Below are positions 50,156-58,197 of a stretch of 64,000 nt of DNA, in pieces. Where the stretch lies: the NCBI GenBank assembly GCA_963666275.2, contig CAXXOA010000002.1:2144001-2208000 (forward strand), in the 5' to 3' direction. The stretch comes from Oceanispirochaeta sp. Lineage in GTDB: Bacteria > Spirochaetota > Spirochaetia > DSM-2461. A program made the translations under genes and the position numbers. A model generated the notes under the pieces. It was not told the origin of the DNA. It saw only the letters and a program-made list of their open reading frames with translations, and did not search any database. Within the stretch, counting starts at the first letter, position 1; each line of letters begins with the position of its first letter.

Positions 50156-50171
50156 ACTAAAGGGGGGTTTA

Positions 50172-51866
50172 ATGGATACTTCTAAAGTATTAGCTCAGTA
50201 TCTGGGGGATTCAGCGTTTCCTGTTGAATGGAAGAGTGAAGAAGAGAAGAAGTTATTCTGGTTCTTTGACGATAACCATGTTCCTTTTCCTGTTTCTCCT
50301 ATGTTTTTCAGCCTTGACGGGTGGTGGGGGCCAACTTGTGAATATCTTTTCAAAAGATTTGATGTAGGCTCTGGTGTTAAATGGCACGGGAAAAAAATTA
50401 ACGGTTACGTTTATACAGCCATTGAACCCCGGGCAACGTCTCAGGATGCAGACGAGACTCAGAAATACAACAATATGGTTATGCCTGCCTATGCAACCAA
50501 TTTTCTTGACTGGTGGGATAAAAGGTATCTTCCGGAAGTTCTTAAAAACTTTGAATACATAGATAACTTCGATCATGAAAATGCGACGATTCCCGAACTG
50601 ATGATCTATCTGGAAGAGATGGTAGATATTCAGGAGAGGAACTTCAGACTTCACTGGATTCTGAACTGGGCTCAGTTTCAGGCCTCCATGGGATTCGTCG
50701 GTGCTGTGGGTCAGTATATTGGAGAAGTGGATCAGGACTTTCTGGGCCAGGTTAATGTTTCCAGAGCTGACAAAAACTGGGAAAGCCTCAAAGCTCTGTG
50801 GACACTGAAAGAAGAAATCAAAGCCAGTGCGGAATTGAAATCAATCTTTACCGCACAGACTGATCCTGAAGGTATTGAAAAGGCACTTAATGGCAGTCCT
50901 TCCGGCAAAGCCTTCATGGGCAAGGTCCGGAATTATGCCAGTGAGTTCGGCTATAAGGCTGTGTATACTCATGAATATATCTATCCGCTGTATATAGAAG
51001 ATCAGAAACCTATACTTGATCAGTTAAAAAGTTATCTTGAATCTGATTTTGATTATAACAGCGTCTATGACAAATGCATCAAAGATCAGGATGAAGCGAT
51101 TGCTTATCTGAGAGATAAAATCAAAGACAAAGATCCTGAAACAAAGAAGAAATTTGAAGAGGCTCTGGATCTTAATCTGAAAATGCTTCCTCTGACTCCG
51201 GATCACCATTTCTATTTTGACCAGGGTACTTATGCCAGAATGAGAATGGTCCTTATCAGAGTAGCCAGTAGACTGGTTAAAGAGGGACTGCTGGATGATC
51301 AGGAAGATATCATGCTTCTGGAATATGAACAGCTGAGGCGCTATGTGGCCGATCCCGAAAACTACAATGGACGTCAATTGATTGAGGCTGCCAGGGCTGA
51401 AATGGAAAAGGCTAAAAAAATAACACCCCGTGACTGGGTGGGAACAGCGACGCAATGGAATATGTATGAAGAGCCTTACCATACACTGTGGGGATATCCT
51501 GAAAAATTTGAAAGAGAATCCAGTGAAAAGTGTGAGGGAACTATTCAGGGGCTTCCTGCCAGCCCGGGTGTTGTTGAAGGAACGGCTAAGGTTGTTAAAA
51601 GCCCGGCAGAATTCGAACAGGTCAAGCAGGGGGATATTATTGTCTGTATCATGACAAACCCCGCCTGGGTAGTTGTATTCAGTAAAATTGCCGGTATTGT
51701 CACAGATTCCGGCGGTGTCCTTTCTCATTCGGCGGTCGTTGCCAGAGAATTCGGGATTCCCGCTGTAGTAGGAACCAGTTCGGCAACCAAAGAGATTCAT
51801 ACAGGAGATAAAATCAGGGTCGATGGAAAAACCGGGACTGTTACAATCCTGGAATGCACTGACTGA
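50172..51866 (+). CDS. PEP-utilising enzyme: substrate-binding domain + swivelling phospho-His domain (phenylphosphate synthase alpha / rifampin phosphotransferase-like)
   Basis: C-terminal GLPASPG, TNPAW and GGVLSHSAVVAREFGIPAVVG; long helical N-terminal domain; no ATP-grasp domain and no pyruvate-binding barrel. Confidence 0.88.
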   Translation: MDTSKVLAQYLGDSAFPVEWKSEEEKKLFWFFDDNHVPFPVSPMFFSLDGWWGPTCEYLFKRFDVGSGVKWHGKKINGYVYTAIEPRATSQDADETQKYNNMVMPAYATNFLDWWDKRYLPEVLKNFEYIDNFDHENATIPELMIYLEEMVDIQERNFRLHWILNWAQFQASMGFVGAVGQYIGEVDQDFLGQVNVSRADKNWESLKALWTLKEEIKASAELKSIFTAQTDPEGIEKALNGSPSGKAFMGKVRNYASEFGYKAVYTHEYIYPLYIEDQKPILDQLKSYLESDFDYNSVYDKCIKDQDEAIAYLRDKIKDKDPETKKKFEEALDLNLKMLPLTPDHHFYFDQGTYARMRMVLIRVASRLVKEGLLDDQEDIMLLEYEQLRRYVADPENYNGRQLIEAARAEMEKAKKITPRDWVGTATQWNMYEEPYHTLWGYPEKFERESSEKCEGTIQGLPASPGVVEGTAKVVKSPAEFEQVKQGDIIVCIMTNPAWVVVFSKIAGIVTDSGGVLSHSAVVAREFGIPAVVGTSSATKEIHTGDKIRVDGKTGTVTILECTD

Positions 51867-51975
51867 TATTGAAAATCTGCCTGATATGGCGGTGTCTGTA
51901 AGGGCACTGCCTTTTTGCAGCATAAAATTCATAGAATCATAAAATAATTGACTTTAACAGTGAGGATATAAAGCA

Positions 51976-53007
51976 ATGAATGAGTATCTGAAATGGATGG
52001 CTGGTAAAACCACATCTGCCTGGTGGCATGATTCGGCAGATTTGAATGAAGTTGAAAAAGCAATGGAATCCGGTGCTGTGGGAGTTACTACGAATCCAGT
52101 TCTTGTAAAACAAGCTTTATTCTCAAGCCCTGAATTCTGGAATTCCTATTTAACCGATTTCCCTGAAAATCTGAAAGCTGATGCCAAAGCAGAAGAAATA
52201 ATCAGAAGGATCACAGTGGAAGTGGCGGCAAAACTGTTACCTATCTATGAAAAAACAGGGGGAGAACAGGGCTACGTCTGTGCTCAGGTCAATCCCGGAA
52301 AAACAACAGATAGAGAGGGCATGATGGAAATGGCGGAAAGACTTCATGCCTGGGCCCCCAATATTGCAGTGAAAATCCCCGGCACAGCTGTAGGGCTGGA
52401 TGTTCTGGAGGATTGTGCAGCCCGGGGGATGACGATGGTTTCGACAGTCAGCTTCACTCTGCCTCAGGTACTTGCGGCGGCTGAAAGGTATGAAAAGGGC
52501 CGTGCAAGATGCATCGCTGCAGGAAAGAAGCCAGCGAAATGTTTTGCCGTGGTCATGGTAGGCCGCATCGATGATTTCATCAGGGATGTGGTTCGGGACA
52601 ATCAGTATGAAGATATAAAAGAGGAAGATATTCTGATGTGCGGAACCGGGATTATGAAGAGGGCTTTGGAAATCTTTGAACAGAAAGGTTACAACGCCAT
52701 TCTTATGCCTGCAGGTATGAGAGGTGCCTATCATGCCCAGGACCTGGCCGGCGCCTCTTTGACAATGTCAATTCATCCGAAAATACAGGCTTTACTTGAA
52801 AAAAGTTCTTCCCCCTTCAAAGAGAGGCATGCTGAAAAGCTTGAGAAAGAGACTATAAAAAGGCTCTCCCGGGTGGAAGCTTTCAGAAAAGCCTATGAGC
52901 CGGATGTTATGCCTCCTTCAGAATTTATTACCTACGGGGTTGTGCAGAAAACCCTGGCGCAATTCTCAGAAAGCTGGAGTCAATTGGAAGGGTATACGCT
53001 TCCTTAG
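51976..53007 (+). CDS. Transaldolase/FSA family class I aldolase (atypical)
   Basis: WHDSA, GVTTNP, Schiff-base Lys in NIAVKIP, and VGRIDD motifs. Confidence 0.85.
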   Translation: MNEYLKWMAGKTTSAWWHDSADLNEVEKAMESGAVGVTTNPVLVKQALFSSPEFWNSYLTDFPENLKADAKAEEIIRRITVEVAAKLLPIYEKTGGEQGYVCAQVNPGKTTDREGMMEMAERLHAWAPNIAVKIPGTAVGLDVLEDCAARGMTMVSTVSFTLPQVLAAAERYEKGRARCIAAGKKPAKCFAVVMVGRIDDFIRDVVRDNQYEDIKEEDILMCGTGIMKRALEIFEQKGYNAILMPAGMRGAYHAQDLAGASLTMSIHPKIQALLEKSSSPFKERHAEKLEKETIKRLSRVEAFRKAYEPDVMPPSEFITYGVVQKTLAQFSESWSQLEGYTLP

Positions 53008-53027
53008 GGTTGTGCAGGAGGAATGTC

Positions 53028-53867
53028 ATGGAACAGAGGTTTGAGAATCAGGGAAAGAAAATTCTGTCAGTGGAAAATTTTCAGAAAGATCCTTCGTCCA
53101 CGGATTTTTTTTCCATTGAAGGTCTCTGGAACAAAAAGAATGATATGAAACTCAGTTACCATGATTTTCATCAGATTATATTTGTGGAAAAAGGTGTCTT
53201 TATTCTGTATGACGGAAAGTATCAGCAGCCCTTATATAAAGGAGCTGCTGCCTTTATTCCTGTAGGATATCCCCACAGGATCTACAATCTTCAGAATAGT
53301 ATCTCTGCAAAAACAAGTTCGGTCTATTTTAATTCATCCTTCATGGAAGGAATGGATGATGGCATTCTTATTTTTACAGTTTCCGAGCTAATCGAATCTC
53401 TTATTAAAGAGATTACCGGGCTGGAAGCAAATGAAGCAGATGATATTAATATGAAATGTGTTGCTCTTCTTGTGGAACTTATTAAAAGAGAAACAGAGCA
53501 GCCCAGGCAGAGGATTAAACTGCCTGTTTCCAATGATGAGAGAATACAGAAATCTGTAGATTTCATGCAGCTCAACTTCAGCAGAAAAATAACTCTTACG
53601 GATATTGCCGGAACAGTCTGTCTTTCGACACGTCAGTTTTCCAGGCTTTTTACTGACAAGATGGGAGTCACTCCCTTCGAGTATCTCAGGATGTACCGCA
53701 TTATTTCAGTTCTTCCCACTCTTTCTATGACAAAAGAGAATATCCTGGACAGCATCTATCAGAGCGGATATGAAACTGTGTCATCCTTTTATAAAGATTT
53801 TACCCAGTTTATTGGAATGCCCCCGGGAGCATTCAGAAAAAATCATAACCTGTATAAATCAGCCTAG
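53028..53867 (+). CDS. AraC family transcriptional regulator
   Basis: Cupin HDFHQ..H; HTH LSTRQFSRLF and GYETVSSFYKDF; AGGAGG RBS before ATG 53028. Confidence 0.9.
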   Translation: MEQRFENQGKKILSVENFQKDPSSTDFFSIEGLWNKKNDMKLSYHDFHQIIFVEKGVFILYDGKYQQPLYKGAAAFIPVGYPHRIYNLQNSISAKTSSVYFNSSFMEGMDDGILIFTVSELIESLIKEITGLEANEADDINMKCVALLVELIKRETEQPRQRIKLPVSNDERIQKSVDFMQLNFSRKITLTDIAGTVCLSTRQFSRLFTDKMGVTPFEYLRMYRIISVLPTLSMTKENILDSIYQSGYETVSSFYKDFTQFIGMPPGAFRKNHNLYKSA

Positions 53868-53881
53868 TAAAGAATAGGATG

Positions 53882-54553
53882 TCACTCCAGACTGTCGATC
53901 ATACTTTCTGCGGTGTGTTTGATATGCTTCTCCATAAGAGATGCAGCCTGAGTAGAATCCCCGTTCCTCAGGGCTTCAATGATTGGTTTGTGTCTTTCGG
54001 CGATCTCAAGGGAATCTGATGCTATGTGTGTACCCGTGGCATAGGACAGACTGGCAAATAGCATGTTCCGGGAAATCCTCTGAATCAGTTTATGTCCTGA
54101 AATGCGGATAATCGTTTCGTGGAACAGAATATTGTAGGTTGTCCGTTTGTAGGCATCTCCTTTTTTCGCTGCCTTTATCATTTTATCAAGGATATCTTCC
54201 AGTTCCCTGATTTCCTGTTTTGTTATTTTTGATGCCGCAATGCCTGCTGTCACGGATTCCAGGGTGGCCCTCACGGTAAAAACCTCCCAGAGGTCTTCTT
54301 TGCTCAGAGTTTTTACGGTGATGCCCTTGTAGGGAACAGATTCAAGAAGTCCCATCTCGACAAGTCCCTTGATGGCTTCTCTCACAGGAGCCTGACTGAC
54401 ATTGAATTCTTTAGCTATAGAGCTTTCTATTAGCCTATCACCGGCCTTATATTTCTTTGATAGAAGATCCTGTAATATCTGATCTTTAATTTTTTCACTG
54501 AGAACCTTTTTCTCAAAACCGTCTCTTACACCATTATTGTTGGCCAATGACAT
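53882..54553 (-). CDS. GntR family transcriptional regulator (FCD domain)
   Basis: wHTH (LIESSIAKEFNVSQAPVREA); FCD NILFH..H..H. Confidence 0.93.
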   Translation of the reverse strand: MSLANNNGVRDGFEKKVLSEKIKDQILQDLLSKKYKAGDRLIESSIAKEFNVSQAPVREAIKGLVEMGLLESVPYKGITVKTLSKEDLWEVFTVRATLESVTAGIAASKITKQEIRELEDILDKMIKAAKKGDAYKRTTYNILFHETIIRISGHKLIQRISRNMLFASLSYATGTHIASDSLEIAERHKPIIEALRNGDSTQAASLMEKHIKHTAESMIDSLE

Positions 54554-54669
54554 TCTCCATAATCAAAATATAAAAACCACAGAGCTTACAAGAAGTTGAA
54601 CAGTAAAAAGTTGTACCTGATTTTTGTCTTTTATATACCAGTTATATAATAAAATCAATCAGTTTTCAA

Positions 54670-54687
54670 TTGATTATCGATAATAAA
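54670..54687. promoter_or_regulatory. Putative GntR operator (copy 3), between gntR and the divergent operon
   Basis: TTGATTATCGATAATAAA, containing the palindrome ATTATCGATAAT. Confidence 0.65.
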
Positions 54688-54797
54688 TTATATCCCTATG
54701 TCTTTATTTAGGAATAAATTGACTGTTATTCGGAAGAAGTCAGGAGCAAGGAAATTTAAAATATTTACAGTATTAACAGATTGAGGAGATATATCAT

Positions 54798-55688
54798 ATG
54801 GATCAAATTACCAAGAATGTTTTTGCAGAAACGGATGTACGGGGATGTAATCCTGGTTTTGTTATTACATCCGAGGGGGTTGTAGTTATAGATACACCTC
54901 AGCTTCCGACATATGCCGTTCGGATGTATGAGCAGGCAAAATCATATGGACCCATTCGCTATTTAATTAACACAGAACACCATGTAGATCATATATTTGG
55001 AAATTACTACTTCAAAGATGTTGAACATGTCCTTTCCCATCAGGCAACCCTGGATAATTTTATGACGGTTTATCCACAGATCAATCCTTACGAATACGCA
55101 AAAGAGGCCGTCCCGATGGATGATCCTGAAGGTATGGCAATCTTTCCTGATACAGATACCTATTTTGCGGCTATGAATAAACCCGACATTATCATAAATG
55201 GTGATATGATTCTGAAAGTCGGGGGCCATACATTTAACATTCTCTGTACACCGGGGCATACACCGGGGCAGCTCGCTGTTGTTGTTCCGGAAGAACGGCT
55301 TATGTTTGTGGGAGATACGGTTTTTAACGGCTGCCAGACCTGGCTTTATACATCCGATATCATTGCATGGCTTCAGTCAATCGAAAAACTTCTGGAAGTT
55401 GATGTGGATATCATAGTTCCCGGTCACGGACCTGTCTGCACAAAACAGGAACTCTATGTCCAGAGAGCTTTCATTCTGGAATGGGTAACCTCTATCTCCG
55501 TCGCTATTGGAAAGGGATGGTCAAAGGAAGAGTGCCTGAAAAAACTTGGTTTCTCCGAGAGATTCCCTGTGGATATTGGCCAGGAATATATGCTTGATGA
55601 TGTTACAATCAATAACATAGGGGCACTTTACGATCAGCTGACTTCTAAGATGCCTGTTCTGGGAACAGCCGACATCCTGACTAAATAA
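54798..55688 (+). CDS. MBL-fold metallo-hydrolase (cyclase-like)
   Basis: TEHHVDH, GHTPG, GDT and PGHG metal motifs. Confidence 0.9.
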   Translation: MDQITKNVFAETDVRGCNPGFVITSEGVVVIDTPQLPTYAVRMYEQAKSYGPIRYLINTEHHVDHIFGNYYFKDVEHVLSHQATLDNFMTVYPQINPYEYAKEAVPMDDPEGMAIFPDTDTYFAAMNKPDIIINGDMILKVGGHTFNILCTPGHTPGQLAVVVPEERLMFVGDTVFNGCQTWLYTSDIIAWLQSIEKLLEVDVDIIVPGHGPVCTKQELYVQRAFILEWVTSISVAIGKGWSKEECLKKLGFSERFPVDIGQEYMLDDVTINNIGALYDQLTSKMPVLGTADILTK

Positions 55689-55707
55689 CAAGACCCTGGA
55701 TAAACAT

Positions 55708-56655
55708 ATGAAGTTAGATAATATTAAGCATATTGCCATTATCGGTAAAGGTATGATCGGGGCCAGTCTGGCTGTCCTTTTTACAGGGAATGGCTATAAA
55801 ACCACCATATATGCCCGAAAGGATCCTGAAAAGGGGTTGGACAGCTTTGATACCTACTATAAGGATCTGATTGAAAAGGGGCTGGTTACCCCCTCTCAGG
55901 CTGCAGCCTGCAGGGACCTTTTTTCCGTGACCGGGAGTTATGAAGATCTGGCCGATGCAGACTGCATTTTTGAATGCGTTGTGGAAAACCTGGATGTTAA
56001 GTATGAAGTGTTTGCTGAAATAGAAAAACACTGTACCCATTTTAAAGCCATTGCTTCAACAACTTCAGCCATAGCGGTGAATGATCTGGCAAAAGGGATA
56101 AAACAGAAAGATAAACTAATGGTAGCTCATCCCTGGAATCCTCCCCATCTTGTACCCTGTATAGAAGTTGTAAAGGGGGAACATACTAGCGAAGAATCCA
56201 TCGAATATTTATCCGGACTTCTGGAATCAGCGGGACGGGAAGTTGCTCTGATGAAAAAAGACGCACCGGGATTCATCGGGAACAGGCTGCAGCATGCTTT
56301 ATACCGGGAAGCCGTCAATATGGTGGAACAGGGAATTGCTTCTCCGGAAGATATAGACAAGACACTGAAGTACAGTTTTATTCCCAGGTACACATCTATC
56401 GGTCTTTTTGAGCATTTTGATTATGCCGGACTTGATATGGTACTGAGTATTGAAGATTATCTGTTTCCCACTCTTTGCAATGCGGACAGAACTCAGCCTA
56501 TGATCCGGGAGCTTCATGATTCGGGCAATCTCGGGTTTAAAACCGGAAAAGGGGTTTATGACTGGAGTCAGAAAGACCTGGCCGAGTTTCGCAAAAAGGC
56601 GGGAAAGCCGTATCTGGATTTTTTTAACTGGAGCCTTCCGGATAAAAATAATTAA
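55708..56655 (+). CDS. 3-hydroxyacyl-CoA dehydrogenase family NAD-dependent oxidoreductase
   Basis: GKGMIG, ECVVENL..K, HPWNPP...IEVV, PGFIGNRLQ and GFKTGKG motifs. Confidence 0.9.
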   Translation: MKLDNIKHIAIIGKGMIGASLAVLFTGNGYKTTIYARKDPEKGLDSFDTYYKDLIEKGLVTPSQAAACRDLFSVTGSYEDLADADCIFECVVENLDVKYEVFAEIEKHCTHFKAIASTTSAIAVNDLAKGIKQKDKLMVAHPWNPPHLVPCIEVVKGEHTSEESIEYLSGLLESAGREVALMKKDAPGFIGNRLQHALYREAVNMVEQGIASPEDIDKTLKYSFIPRYTSIGLFEHFDYAGLDMVLSIEDYLFPTLCNADRTQPMIRELHDSGNLGFKTGKGVYDWSQKDLAEFRKKAGKPYLDFFNWSLPDKNN

Positions 56656-56846
56656 TTGACGGACAGGAATATATTCATTTTTATCAGAAGTCTCAAGAAA
56701 TCCCGATCAGAAGTAATTTTATCAGAATACAAGTAAATATAAAAATCTTCTATTTGATTTATCAAATGCGGGGAAGATTATTCCCTCAAAGAGGGAGACT
56801 CCATGGGGTATGCATCTTTGGGAATCCTGAAATAAGTGAGGACAGT

Positions 56847-57719
56847 ATGAGCTCTTTTTCCTACCACAGTCCAGGATCTATAATTGAGGCTGTGGAGCTG
56901 CTAAATCAATACAAGGGTTCTGCCCGACCGTTTCTGGGCGGTACGGATCTCCTTGTAAGGGTTACCAAAGGACATGTGTTTCCACAAGCCCTGGTGGATC
57001 TCAAAAAAGTTTCTGATATAAGCAAAACAATAACTCTGGGCTCCGGTTTTCTTATCATAGGAGCCCGGATCAGGATTGCTGATTTTCTCGAAGATCAAAC
57101 TGCTGCCGCATTATTTCCTGCACTTGCGAAAGCCGCATCAAAGGTCGGGTCGGTACAGATCCGCAACCGAGCGACTCTCACAGGGAATATCTGCAATGCT
57201 TCGCCTGCGGCTGATATGGTTCCGCCCCTGGCGCTGTACAAAGCTTCTGTGGATATTGCCGGATCTGAAGGATCAAGGAGAGTCGCTGTTCAGGACTTTA
57301 TTCAGGCGCCGGGAAAAACCGGATGCCGGACGGGAGAAATCGTGACAGCAATCCGGATACCTGTTCCGGTCCTCCCATACGGTGCTGCTTTTGAAAGGAT
57401 AACACGAAGAAGAGGAGTGGATCTGGCAACTGTTAATCTGGCATGCGGGATTGACTGCCACCGGAAGGTGACTTTTGTATTCGGCGCTGCCGGTCCTGTC
57501 ACTGTTTCTGTTTCTGATGATTCCGGTATTCTGCTGCGCTCGGATATACACAAGGATGCAAGGGACAGAAAAATTGACGAAATGGTTGATTCTGCCGCTC
57601 CCATCAGTGATGTGCGGGCCGGAGCAGATTACAGGAAGGGGATGCTCTCAACCCTGGGAAAGCGGGCATTGAGCAGGGCTCTGAATTCCTATCTGGCGGG
57701 AGGTCCCGAAGATGGCTGA
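56847..57719 (+). CDS. Xanthine dehydrogenase family FAD-binding subunit (enzyme 1)
   Basis: GGTDL, GSVQIRNRATLTGNICNASPAAD and PISDVR..ADYR motifs; start set at MSSFSY (56847). Confidence 0.92.
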   Translation: MSSFSYHSPGSIIEAVELLNQYKGSARPFLGGTDLLVRVTKGHVFPQALVDLKKVSDISKTITLGSGFLIIGARIRIADFLEDQTAAALFPALAKAASKVGSVQIRNRATLTGNICNASPAADMVPPLALYKASVDIAGSEGSRRVAVQDFIQAPGKTGCRTGEIVTAIRIPVPVLPYGAAFERITRRRGVDLATVNLACGIDCHRKVTFVFGAAGPVTVSVSDDSGILLRSDIHKDARDRKIDEMVDSAAPISDVRAGADYRKGMLSTLGKRALSRALNSYLAGGPEDG

Positions 57720-58197
57720 CAATATTACACTGACAATTCATATAACAGTTAACGGGCAGAGCCGGACGCTTGAGGTTGATCCATCGGAAACCCTCCTTTC
57801 AGTTCTGCGGGACAGGCTGAATCTGACGGGGACAAAAAAATGCTGCGGTGTAGGGGAGTGCGGTGCCTGTACGGTTGTAATGAACGGCCTGTCTGTTAAT
57901 TCCTGTATCATCCTGGCTGCAGAGGCCGACGGAGCTGATGTGGTAACAATCGAAGGACTTTCGGAGAGCGGGTCTCCGGGAAGGATTCAGCAGGCTTTTC
58001 TGGACGAGGGCGCTGTACAGTGCGGTTTCTGCACCCCTGGAATGGTTATGTCTGCCCATGCTCTATTGATGAAAAATCCATCTCCCACTGTTTTTGAGAT
58101 AAAAGAAGGGCTTTCCGGTAATCTCTGCCGCTGTACCGGATATGCAAGGATCATCAGAGCCGTGCAGACGGCGGCGGGAAAAGGCGGCGGAGAATGA
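57712..58197 (+). CDS. Xanthine dehydrogenase family 2x[2Fe-2S] subunit (enzyme 1)
   Basis: CGVGECGAC..SC, QCGFC and NLCRCTGY motifs. Confidence 0.95.
   Translation: MADNITLTIHITVNGQSRTLEVDPSETLLSVLRDRLNLTGTKKCCGVGECGACTVVMNGLSVNSCIILAAEADGADVVTIEGLSESGSPGRIQQAFLDEGAVQCGFCTPGMVMSAHALLMKNPSPTVFEIKEGLSGNLCRCTGYARIIRAVQTAAGKGGGE

Noticed and set aside
56754..56765. TTGATTTATCAA as an FNR/CRP site
   Set aside because: The spacer is 2 bp rather than 4 bp; the nearby ATCAGAA repeats (56683, 56706, 56721) are irregularly spaced.
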